Part shown: positions 48,876-57,435 of the stretch, piece by piece | Position numbering within the stretch: position 1 is the stretch's first letter | How the letters are laid out: the number at the start of each line of letters is the position of its first letter | NCBI GenBank assembly: GCA_944392975.1 | Contig: CALXYN010000002.1 | Location: 1,105 to 65,104, forward strand | Direction of reading: 5' to 3' | Length of the DNA: 64,000 bases | Source: an uncultured Spirochaetaceae bacterium | GTDB lineage: Bacteria; Spirochaetota; Spirochaetia; Sphaerochaetales; Sphaerochaetaceae | Notes under the pieces: model-generated | Told to the model about the DNA's origin: nothing | Seen by the model: only the letters and a program-made list of their open reading frames with translations | The model's database searches: none | Made by a program: the position numbers and the translations under genes

Positions 48876-50132
48876 ATGCGTTACATAGCACTAGTGCTTT
48901 CCATATTGATTCTCTGCCTTTCGTGCACAAGCACGGAGGCATTTGTATCTCCTTCGTTTTCCGCTCAGGATGTGAGCGTGGAGGAGAAGCTTCTTTCTGT
49001 CGGAGGAGTCCCTGTATCCGTTCCGAACCCTGAGATTTTCTTTGATGGGGCACTCTGGCTCGAGAGATTCACAGAGCTTGTGGAAGAAGCTGATGATTAC
49101 ATTCTCATTACTACATTCCTTGGCTCTGACTGCCCGGAACTTGATGATTTGTATCATGCCCTGATTGAGGCTGCTGAGAGAGGCGTGAGAGTGTATTTCA
49201 TTATGGATGGGCTCTCATCCTTTGATATGACGGAATCAAAAAACTACATGACTCCGCTGTATTTTCTCAGGCGTGGAGGTGTCCATCTGACGGAATACAA
49301 TCCTGTGACTGTGACCCATCTTCTCAATCCGGCAACAATCATCATCCGCGATCACAGGAAGATGCTTGTCGTGGATGGCTCTGTAGCCGCTGTTGGCGGA
49401 ATGAATATGAATTACATCTCGATGGGGGCGGGGGAAGGAAATACTCAGCGTGACAGTATGTATCTCTTCAATTCTCCTTCCCTTGCTTCTGCATTGACAG
49501 ATGAATTCGTGACAATCTGGAACGGGGCAAGCATGGAAAAGATAGAGAGGCGTGATTTCGCTTCCTGCTCCTCAGATGCTGAGACAACAAATGCTTTCCT
49601 CATTCCCTCTGACAGCGTTCCTGGAATGTATGCTTCCCTGATTGGAAGTGCAGAGGAAAGCGTCCTCCTTTTCCCATATCTTCCCGCTCTTGATTCAAAG
49701 ATGAAGGAGTGTGTCCGCAGTGCCGTTGATAAAGGCATTTCTGTAGACATGGTAATGCCTGTGGACCTTCGAGGTTATGCTGCAAGCGGTATTTATCATG
49801 GACTTCCTGATCTTCTCAGAGATACAGGTGCTTCTGTGTATCTGACAATCTATGGAGAAAAAGGGGAGGTGTTGCCGCTTCTTCATGAGAAACTGATGAT
49901 TGTTGACTCCCGCTATGTTGTCATAGGATCTGCGAATTTCAACTATCGTTCGATGACGCTTTCCAAGGAACTTGCCCTTGTCATCGATTCTCCTTCTCTT
50001 GCTTCAAAACTGGAGGAGCATGCCAAGAAAATCGCAGAATATGCGGTTCCTGTGACGGTTGAAGAAGCTGACAGGCTGAAGAAAGAAGAGGGAAATATCC
50101 TCGCTTATCTATTTACGTTCTTTGGAGGCTGA
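48876..50132 (+). CDS. Phospholipase D / cardiolipin synthase-like protein (two HKD motifs), exported
   Basis: HRKMLVVDGSVAAVGGMN and HEKLMIVDSRYVVIGSANFN, plus an N-terminal hydrophobic signal. Confidence 0.8.
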   Translation: MRYIALVLSILILCLSCTSTEAFVSPSFSAQDVSVEEKLLSVGGVPVSVPNPEIFFDGALWLERFTELVEEADDYILITTFLGSDCPELDDLYHALIEAAERGVRVYFIMDGLSSFDMTESKNYMTPLYFLRRGGVHLTEYNPVTVTHLLNPATIIIRDHRKMLVVDGSVAAVGGMNMNYISMGAGEGNTQRDSMYLFNSPSLASALTDEFVTIWNGASMEKIERRDFASCSSDAETTNAFLIPSDSVPGMYASLIGSAEESVLLFPYLPALDSKMKECVRSAVDKGISVDMVMPVDLRGYAASGIYHGLPDLLRDTGASVYLTIYGEKGEVLPLLHEKLMIVDSRYVVIGSANFNYRSMTLSKELALVIDSPSLASKLEEHAKKIAEYAVPVTVEEADRLKKEEGNILAYLFTFFGG

Positions 50133-50133
50133 T

Positions 50134-50625
50134 GTGAAAAAGATACTGATAGTTATTATTCTTTTTCTCTCCATGGCGCTCGGCGCTTCTCCGACTGTAG
50201 GGTACTCATTGGCGCCTGTCGGTGTTTCGCTTCCTTCTGGAAACTATGGAGGGCTTAATGCAGCTTTCATTTTCGCGCCTGCCGGAGAGAAGCATTTTGC
50301 AGACATTACACTCTCCGTAGAGCTTGCTCCGACACATCCTTATTTTGAAGGCGTCATGCTAAGTCTGTCGACGCCTCTTTTCAGGTTTCTTGACCATCCA
50401 TTCAACTGGGCTTTCAGCAATCCGACGATGTGGGCGCCTGTAGTGAGTGCAGGAGTGCAGTACAGAATCGGGAATGAGTGGAATGCCCGTATCGGGCTTT
50501 CACCGCTTTCTTTCCAGTCTGTGAATTTTGTCTATGAGCTTATTTCTCCATTTGCCTCATATTCAATTACCGCAAAAGACTGGGGATGGGGAATCTATAT
50601 TTTCAGATTCTCCTATTTTATGTGA
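50134..50625 (+). CDS. Small exported beta-barrel-like protein (hypothetical)
   Basis: The GTG at 50134 lies 5 nt after GGAGG and 1 nt after the PLD stop. It has a signal peptide VKKILIVIILFLSMALGA and ends ...FRFSYFM. Confidence 0.55.
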   Translation: MKKILIVIILFLSMALGASPTVGYSLAPVGVSLPSGNYGGLNAAFIFAPAGEKHFADITLSVELAPTHPYFEGVMLSLSTPLFRFLDHPFNWAFSNPTMWAPVVSAGVQYRIGNEWNARIGLSPLSFQSVNFVYELISPFASYSITAKDWGWGIYIFRFSYFM

Positions 50626-50634
50626 GGTACCATA

Positions 50635-51156
50635 ATGAAGAGAATGCTGATTATCCTTCTGCTCGCCATTTCGCTTTTTCCTGTCTTTGGTGGAGACTTC
50701 CACGACGTGTCGTTCTCAATCGGAGAGCAGACATATAAATGGCCTGAAAGGGGAATAAGTGTGTCTTATGGTATGAATGTGGGGCTTACAGGAAAACTTG
50801 AGCTTGACCTCTGGGGAATTTCCGAGCTGGTGCCACATCCTTTTGCTTCCAATATGTTTGGCGCTGAATTGGGTATCATGCTTCTTGGACCAAGGTCTAC
50901 TGCAACAAAGGTGATGGGCAGTGGCATAAACATGATGCTCAGTGTCGGAGGCTTTTATCGTACAGACAATAACGGGGCTGGTCCGATGATATCAATAACA
51001 CCGCTTGTTGTCGGGACTCCGATTTCAGGAAGAAGAGAAAGGATATTGAAAACAGGGATCGGTTATGATGCAGTGAACAACGGCCTTGTCGTCACATTCT
51101 CGCTTCTATCCCTTGATTACTATGTCCATGGAACCTGGAGGGATTACTCTTTCTGA
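50635..51156 (+). CDS. Small exported beta-barrel-like protein (hypothetical)
   Basis: Signal peptide MKRMLIILLLAISLFPVFG; ends ...GTWRDYSF. Confidence 0.55.
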   Translation: MKRMLIILLLAISLFPVFGGDFHDVSFSIGEQTYKWPERGISVSYGMNVGLTGKLELDLWGISELVPHPFASNMFGAELGIMLLGPRSTATKVMGSGINMMLSVGGFYRTDNNGAGPMISITPLVVGTPISGRRERILKTGIGYDAVNNGLVVTFSLLSLDYYVHGTWRDYSF

Positions 51157-51164
51157 TTTAATTA

Positions 51165-51605
51165 TTATTTCCCGGAAAGTGCCATCATCTTGTCGATACG
51201 GCGCTGATGGCGGCCTCCCTCAAATTCTGCGTCTATATATGCATCGAGTATTGCCGTCACCGGTTCCTGATACTCAATTCTTCCTCCAAATGCGATGAAG
51301 TTGGCATTATTGTGGCGCTTTGTCATCTCAGCAGCATATGAATTCTGTGGAAGTGCACACCTTATTCCATCCATTTTGTTTGCTGAAATTGATATTCCGA
51401 TACCTGTACCACAGATAAGAACACCAAAATCGTAACCGCCCTTTCTGTATTCATTGACAGCTTTTTCCGCATAATCAGGATAGTCAACGCTCTCTTCTTT
51501 ATCCGTTCCAAGATATGTAGTCTCTATTCCTCTTGCACTAAGGTGCCTGAGAATCTCAGCTGCAAGCTGTACTCCTCCGTGATCATTGGCAATTACCGCT
51601 TTCAT
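51165..51605 (-). CDS. rpiB: Ribose-5-phosphate isomerase B
   Basis: MKAVIANDHGG...LICGTGIGISISANK is the RpiB/LacAB signature. Confidence 0.92.
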   Translation of the reverse strand: MKAVIANDHGGVQLAAEILRHLSARGIETTYLGTDKEESVDYPDYAEKAVNEYRKGGYDFGVLICGTGIGISISANKMDGIRCALPQNSYAAEMTKRHNNANFIAFGGRIEYQEPVTAILDAYIDAEFEGGRHQRRIDKMMALSGK

Positions 51606-51650
51606 GTAAACTCCCTTTAAATTAGGCTTTTTTCAGTTTACCATTATTTC

Positions 51651-53282
51651 ATGAGAATATATATCACCGGACATAGAAATCCTGATATGGATTCTGTCAC
51701 AGCTGCCTATTCATATGCGGTTTTGAAAAACGCGATCGATCCGGATAATGAATATATCCCGGTAATGCTTGGCAGTGCCAATAACAACACAAAGAGGGCA
51801 TTCAAGAAGCTTGGACTCCCGCTTCCTTCCGTCCTCCGCGATGTATGGCCACGGGTGAAGGAAGTGCAGAGACTGCCATCTGTATCCATCACCTCATCCG
51901 ACCCTCTTTTCCTGCTGATGGATATTTTCCAGCGTCGGCATCCGACTGTAGTGCCTGTTTTCGATGACGGGGAGTTTAAGGGGCTTCTCTCTGCTGATGA
52001 CATAAATGCATTTTTCCTCAGGGAGAACAGCGGAGCCATAAGGCAGAAATACCTTCTCTCGGAGGAGAATATCGAGAGAATCATTGAAGGCGAGTACCTG
52101 AAGCACGGAGCTCACGAGACAATAAGGGCTCCGTACATGGTCGGGGCGATGGAGTATCAGGTGTATCTTTCACGGCTGGAACGCCTTGTCGATAAACCTG
52201 TGCTTATAATCGGCAACAGAAAAGAGCATATCAAGGCAGCTATCGAAAATAAGCTTCCGGGAATAGTTCTTACTGGCATTTCAGATCCTTCAAGACCGGA
52301 TATCGATTTCTCAAACTTCGAAGGTTTTGTCTATGTTTCCTATCTTGATACAGCAGAAACTCTGCGCCTGATGAGGTTATCAACACCGGTATCGGATATA
52401 TTGCCGCCCCTCAATCCTGATACCGTCATTGACAGTGATATGCTTTTCGATGACGCGAAACGCAAACTGCAGGAAAGTGAGTACAGAGGATTTTCCGTCT
52501 TCACCCGCGGCAGATGGTCTGGGTTTGTTACCCGCCGCTGTTTCCTTGATAAGACAAGGCAGAAGATAATTTTAGTGGATCATAACGAGGCGGAGCAGAG
52601 CGTGCAGGGAATCGAGGATGCTGAGATAATTGAGATCCTTGATCATCACCGTCTTTCACCTCCGCGAATGCGTACTCCGATTTACATTGTCTCCGAGCCA
52701 CTTGGCTCCACTTGTACAATTGTCTATGAACAGTTCAGAAAGTGGGGAGTGGAAATAGATCCCCTGACTGCGCTCGTCCTTCTTTCCGGACTTACTGCTG
52801 ATACTGTGATGCTTAAAAGCCCGACAACAACCGATTATGACAGGCATGTTGCCAGAAAGCTCTGTGAAATAGGGGAGGTTCCTGATTTTGAGGAGTTCGG
52901 TCGTTCTCTCTTTGAAGATGGTTCATCTCTTTCCGAGCGAAATCCGGATGAAGTCATTTGCAGCGATATGAAGACATACAATGAGAAGGGTGTGAAATTT
53001 GCAATCGGACAGGTTGAGGTGATGGCTCTGGAAGAGGTCCGGGATATCCGGGAAAAATATCTTGAGGCACTGGAGAAAATCAGGAATGAGCAGGGGTTGA
53101 ACTGGGTCATGCTCCTGATTTCAGATGTCTTGAAAGGCAATTCAGTACTTCTCATGACATCCTATAACAAAGAAAGCACGCTCATTTATGAGAAGATTGC
53201 TGATGGAACATATCTTCTCCCTGGCGTGCTTTCAAGAAAGAAACAGCTTCTTCCAGAGATATTGAGAGTCCTGGAAGCATAA
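51651..53282 (+). CDS. CBS-domain-containing family II inorganic pyrophosphatase (DHH-CBS-DRTGG-DHHA2)
   Basis: DHH motifs GHRNPDMDS, VDHNE and ILDHHR. It has an inserted CBS/DRTGG-sized region and a C-terminal DHHA2-like domain. Confidence 0.8.
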   Translation: MRIYITGHRNPDMDSVTAAYSYAVLKNAIDPDNEYIPVMLGSANNNTKRAFKKLGLPLPSVLRDVWPRVKEVQRLPSVSITSSDPLFLLMDIFQRRHPTVVPVFDDGEFKGLLSADDINAFFLRENSGAIRQKYLLSEENIERIIEGEYLKHGAHETIRAPYMVGAMEYQVYLSRLERLVDKPVLIIGNRKEHIKAAIENKLPGIVLTGISDPSRPDIDFSNFEGFVYVSYLDTAETLRLMRLSTPVSDILPPLNPDTVIDSDMLFDDAKRKLQESEYRGFSVFTRGRWSGFVTRRCFLDKTRQKIILVDHNEAEQSVQGIEDAEIIEILDHHRLSPPRMRTPIYIVSEPLGSTCTIVYEQFRKWGVEIDPLTALVLLSGLTADTVMLKSPTTTDYDRHVARKLCEIGEVPDFEEFGRSLFEDGSSLSERNPDEVICSDMKTYNEKGVKFAIGQVEVMALEEVRDIREKYLEALEKIRNEQGLNWVMLLISDVLKGNSVLLMTSYNKESTLIYEKIADGTYLLPGVLSRKKQLLPEILRVLEA

Positions 53283-53284
53283 GA

Positions 53285-54187
53285 TTATCTGGATAGCATC
53301 TTCTCGATGTTATCCAGGACTTTCTTGCTCATTAAATCATAAGCCTCTTCCGTCATCCCTGCAGAAACATCTGGACAGAGGACATTCTTTCTGTTCTTCA
53401 CATCCTGATAGATTTCACCGACACCACCTGCGGTATCTGAAATGAATATATTGCTGTCATTGAGTATCCAGTTTTTAAGGGCAGCCATATCAGATGCAGG
53501 ACCAATTGATGTATTGATCATTATCTTTCCGTTTCCAAGGATTCTGAACTCTTCTTCATTTAGCAGTATCACACCTTTGTTAAGACATGTGATAACAATC
53601 TCCGAGTTCTCTAAAAGCGTATGGAGTGGAAGGTAGTGCATTCCCTCTTTCTCGCACTCTTCCTTCACTGATCTGGCATAATATGTAATATCTGCGCCCA
53701 TTGCCTTCAGCAGTCTTGCTGTCATCTGACCACTGGTGCCGAATCCGACAAAACCGATTTTGAGTCCTGTTATCTCCTTTTGTCTCTTTCTCCACATCGG
53801 CCAGTCATAACCATGAAGAATCCTGACAAGCGCGTAGACAACAAATTCAGTTACTCCTTTGTCTCCATAGTCCCTGATTCCATATACGGTGATGCCATGT
53901 TTCTCAGCCCAGTCGATATCCACATTGGCACTTTCCTTTGAATAGAGGGAACAGCACATGCCCACGTATTTGAGACTCTTGCATTCAGAGAGAACTGAGG
54001 CTGGAACGAGTGGCAGGGTCCTTACAAGGACGGCATCTGCATCTCCAATTCTTTTCACCAGTTCTTCCTCGCTCTCTGGAAGAGTCTCAAAGCGGATAAT
54101 CTCGTCGGCATAGTCGCTGAGTTTTTCCTCAGCCCATGGCTGCAGTCCAATAGGACCCGCCTCAACAAGTTTTCTGAATTTCTTCAT
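53285..54187 (-). CDS. D-isomer-specific 2-hydroxyacid dehydrogenase family protein
   Basis: NAD-binding GFVGFGTSGQ and ~300 aa; overall family pattern. Confidence 0.7.
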   Translation of the reverse strand: MKKFRKLVEAGPIGLQPWAEEKLSDYADEIIRFETLPESEEELVKRIGDADAVLVRTLPLVPASVLSECKSLKYVGMCCSLYSKESANVDIDWAEKHGITVYGIRDYGDKGVTEFVVYALVRILHGYDWPMWRKRQKEITGLKIGFVGFGTSGQMTARLLKAMGADITYYARSVKEECEKEGMHYLPLHTLLENSEIVITCLNKGVILLNEEEFRILGNGKIMINTSIGPASDMAALKNWILNDSNIFISDTAGGVGEIYQDVKNRKNVLCPDVSAGMTEEAYDLMSKKVLDNIEKMLSR

Positions 54188-54196
54188 ACCGGCCTC

Positions 54197-54988
54197 CTAG
54201 AAGAATGTCATAGGAGATGAGAGATTTCTCAACAGGGCCACCACTGACCATGCCGCGATATCACTATTGGCTGAATATATGTCGGCAGTTGCTTTCAGTC
54301 CCTCGGTCTCCACGATGATGCAGTGATCATCTCCGATAAATCCCGGTACGCTTGTAATCTCTGCTTTTGCGTTTTTAGGTCCTGTCGTTGCAAGTGCTGA
54401 AGCAACGGCTACGTTGACTTTTGTCGGAAGGAGTGCGATGGCCTCTTTTGTGGAGCCTGAGAAGACAGCCTCTTCCTTATCCTGCAGCCTATCAGAATAC
54501 AGCGGGGTGTTTTTGAGAGAATTCGGTCCCTTATGCGTGTGTATTCCAGCCTTGATGTCCCATCCATTTACCTCTGCTATCAGGGAGATTGTTTTCAGAA
54601 CATCAAAACCTCCTACAGCTCCGGATGGTATGTAAATTTTTGTATTGCTTTCCTCTGCGGCTTTTAAAGCAGCCTCCTTAAACGCATTGTCTGCAAAGGC
54701 CCCTATTGAAAGCGGAATTATACTGCTTCCATTTTCCAATGCCTTGATGGCGAATTCCTTCAGGAGCGCGATTGAGGCCGTTTCCACGATATAATCAGGT
54801 TTGATGGCTATGACTTCTTCCATTGAGGAAAGTGCTTTTGCATCTGTTCCTTCAGTAAGTGCTTTTGCATCTTCTGTTTTCATGGAATATGTTGCAACCA
54901 GCTTATAACCTGGTAAAAGCCCCTTTATATATGCCTTGTAAACTATGCTTCCAAGATGACCGCATCCTGCAATTGCAAATGTCTCCAT
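54197..54988 (-). CDS. Aspartate dehydrogenase-like protein (NadX/DUF108 family)
   Basis: N-terminal Rossmann FAIAGCGHLGS, 263 aa, and a central GAVGGFD segment typical of the family. Confidence 0.6.
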   Translation of the reverse strand: METFAIAGCGHLGSIVYKAYIKGLLPGYKLVATYSMKTEDAKALTEGTDAKALSSMEEVIAIKPDYIVETASIALLKEFAIKALENGSSIIPLSIGAFADNAFKEAALKAAEESNTKIYIPSGAVGGFDVLKTISLIAEVNGWDIKAGIHTHKGPNSLKNTPLYSDRLQDKEEAVFSGSTKEAIALLPTKVNVAVASALATTGPKNAKAEITSVPGFIGDDHCIIVETEGLKATADIYSANSDIAAWSVVALLRNLSSPMTFF

Positions 54989-55227
54989 TTTAACCTCCAG
55001 TTATCAATTCTCTAAAAGAATAAACTGAAAGACAAAAACAGTGAACTCCGGAAACCGGATAATGGATTGCCAGATTGTCAAATCGTATATTTCACATTAC
55101 TGTTGAAAGATTTACATTCCATATTTTACTGGTTTTAACCTTTATCTCCAGGAGTCTCCACCTTCTAAGCAGAGCGAAAGGTGGAGAGGAATGGAGGAAA
55201 GATCATCAGATGTGATGAGATTGCAAT

Positions 55228-55576
55228 ATGAAGAAATGGCTGGATGAAGAATACGAGTTTGAAGTTGAGGTTACAGGCTATCTGAGAGGAGATAAGCCAG
55301 AAGGTCTCTGCCACAATGGGGGAAGAAACTGGCGATAAGTATTCATGCACCTATGGCTGTCCTGTGAATCAGGAGGGATATGGAATCTGCTCGAAGACAA
55401 TGATGATGCTTTATCCTCTTATGGAGGCTGTAAGAAGTGGCGGAAATCTGAGAACTGTGGGTGGATCTGGCAAGTATGAAAAGGATATCGCATGTCCTGA
55501 TGGATGTGTGATGTTCCGGCTGACAGCAAGGAGGATTGGAGGAGAAAATCCATTCATATCCAAGGCATTCAGCTGA
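55228..55576 (+). pseudogene. TIGR04076-like small Cys-rich protein gene split by a +1 frameshift at a G5 run
   Basis: Frame A (55228-55338) gives MKKWLDEEYEFEVEVTGYLRGDKPEGLCHNGGRNWR*. Frame B (55316-55576) gives ...EETGDKYSCTYGCPVNQEGYGICSK...ACPDGCVMFRLTARRIG. Removing one G of GGGGG (55318-55322) yields one continuous ~115-aa protein. Confidence 0.6.
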
Positions 55577-55653
55577 TCAGCGGTAGGAAAATAATTCGTT
55601 TACATTAAAAAATATATTTGTATATATCAAGTCTGTGTTATACTTATTGCAAG

Positions 55654-56097
55654 ATGAGCAGAGAGAAAAGCTATATAATGACACAGCTTGACGGGAATAA
55701 TCATTCAGTGTTCAGCCTGAACTACCATCTCATACTCGTCGTCAAATACAGAAGAGATGTCATCACCGATGTCATATCAGAGTATCTGAAACATATGTTC
55801 TGCTATATAGCACCCAAGTACAAGATAACACTAGCAGAGTGGAATCACGATAAGGACCATATTCATATTCTGTTCAAGGCAGAACCTGACAGTGAGATAT
55901 CGAAGTTCATAAACGCATACAAGGCTGCTTCATCGAGGCTCGTGAAGAAGGATTTCCCGGAAATAAGGAATAAGCTATGGAAGGAGTATTTCTGGTCAAG
56001 AAGCTACTGCCTGATAACAGCAGGCGGGGCGCCGCTTGAGATCCTGAAGGAATACATCCGCACTCAGGGAGAGGATTATGATGGAAGAAAAGGCTGA
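55654..56097 (+). CDS. tnpA: IS200/IS605 family transposase TnpA (Y1 HUH)
   Basis: YHLILVVKYRR, HUH motif HIHIL, and a C-terminal catalytic-Tyr region LEILKEYIRTQ. The alternative start ATG at 55678 (MTQLDGNNH) is equally plausible. Confidence 0.9.
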   Translation: MSREKSYIMTQLDGNNHSVFSLNYHLILVVKYRRDVITDVISEYLKHMFCYIAPKYKITLAEWNHDKDHIHILFKAEPDSEISKFINAYKAASSRLVKKDFPEIRNKLWKEYFWSRSYCLITAGGAPLEILKEYIRTQGEDYDGRKG

Positions 56098-57328
56098 GAC
56101 CATCGTCATCTCCAAGTGCATGGAGTTCAGAATCAAGCCCGATGATGGACAGAAGATCCTCATCTGGAAGACCTTCGGCTGCTGCCGCTTCGTCTGGAAC
56201 CATCTTCTTGATGAGCGGATCAGCTTTGAGACACTGAACAAGGGAAAGCTCCTCAACACGACACCTGCCCATCTCAAGAAGAACAATCCTTTCCTTTCCG
56301 AAGTCGATTCGATGGCGCTCATAAACACGCAGCTGAACCTGAACCAGTCATGCAGGAAGCTCTTTCCAAAGGGAAAGATTCCAAAATTCAGGGCAAAGGG
56401 AAAAGACAAGCGTTCATATACTACCAACTGGATAAACAACAACATCGAGATAATCCACAAGAGCGATATAGAGAACTATATCAAGCTTCCGAAGCTCGGA
56501 CTTGTGCGCATCATACTCCACCGTAGCATACCGGACGGATTGAGGATGAAGAATGCGACTGTCAGGGAGACTGCAAGCGGCAAGTTCTTCATATCGCTCA
56601 CTTTTGATGTGGGGATAGAACCAATAGAGATGAAGAAGGAATTCGAGAAGGTCGAAGCCTTCGATTATTCCATGCCTTCCCTTGTCGTCTCCGCATCCGG
56701 AGAGAACGACATCACGAAAGAGGCCATCCGCTGGTATCGCAATCTTGAGGAGAAGATTGCCAAGGAGCAGAGGAAGCTCTCAAGGATGCTGTATGGGTCT
56801 GCGAACTACTGGCAGCAGAAACACAAGATCGGAAAGCTCCATGAGAAGGCAAGGAACAGGAGGAAGGACTTTTTGCATAAGCTCTCTCATGATGTTGTCG
56901 CTGCTTTTGATGCCGTTATAGTGGAGGAGATAAACCTCCAGCACATGTCGCAGTCCCTGAACTTCGGCAAGAGTGTCTATGACAACGGCTACGGGATGCT
57001 GAGAGAAATGCTAGCCTATAAGCTTAATGCGCAGGGGAAGATGCTTGTGAAGGTCGATAGGTTCTTCCCTTCGAGCAAGCGATGCTCAGTGTGCCATGAG
57101 GTTAATCACGATCTGAAGCTTTCTGACCGTGAATGGACATGCCAGTCATGTGGCACACATCACGACAGAGACAAGAACAGCTGCAAGAACCTGCTGGATG
57201 AGGGAAAAGGCATCCTATGCCGCTGGGCTAGCGGTGAAAGCTCGCTGATACTGACGCCATCAGGCGTCTTGAGTGAGAAGAAGCTCCATCCTCAGGCTCA
57301 CAGCAATGTGAGGCAGGGGGGAGAGTAG
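56078..57328 (+). CDS. tnpB: TnpB (IS605 OrfB family RNA-guided RuvC nuclease)
   Basis: N-terminal EFRIKPDDGQK...FGCCRFVWNHLLDE. RuvC-like residues lie in VEAFDYS, VIVEEINLQ and HHDRDKNSCKNL. The zinc ribbon is CSVC...CQSC. Confidence 0.9.
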   Translation: MMEEKAETIVISKCMEFRIKPDDGQKILIWKTFGCCRFVWNHLLDERISFETLNKGKLLNTTPAHLKKNNPFLSEVDSMALINTQLNLNQSCRKLFPKGKIPKFRAKGKDKRSYTTNWINNNIEIIHKSDIENYIKLPKLGLVRIILHRSIPDGLRMKNATVRETASGKFFISLTFDVGIEPIEMKKEFEKVEAFDYSMPSLVVSASGENDITKEAIRWYRNLEEKIAKEQRKLSRMLYGSANYWQQKHKIGKLHEKARNRRKDFLHKLSHDVVAAFDAVIVEEINLQHMSQSLNFGKSVYDNGYGMLREMLAYKLNAQGKMLVKVDRFFPSSKRCSVCHEVNHDLKLSDREWTCQSCGTHHDRDKNSCKNLLDEGKGILCRWASGESSLILTPSGVLSEKKLHPQAHSNVRQGGE

Positions 57329-57383
57329 GTCACTACTGCAATAGACGTTCAGTCCTTTTTCGTGGTAAAAACTGAATTGGAAT
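57170..57383 (+). ncRNA. Predicted omega-RNA (reRNA) scaffold of the TnpB element. The guide would begin at about 57384.
   Basis: In characterised TnpB systems the guide RNA scaffold derives from the tnpB 3' end plus the RE. Here there are nested hairpins (CTCAC-agcaat-GTGAG and TTCAGT-N17-ACTGAA). The 5' limit is a guess. Confidence 0.4.
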
Positions 57384-57435
57384 AGCCAGTCATGGGGATG
57401 GCGTTTGGAACTTTTCCTACAATCAGGGCATAAAT

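Larger units (their letters stand above)
55600..57383 (+). mobile_element. IS200/IS605-family insertion sequence (tnpA + tnpB). The right end is placed by comparison with the remnant at 27.7 kb; the left end is approximate.
   Basis: Y1 HUH transposase and TnpB genes overlap by 20 nt. Similarity to the second copy ends at TGGAAT (57378-57383). A TTTAC motif (55599-55603) is a candidate target or TAM at the left junction. Confidence 0.75.
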
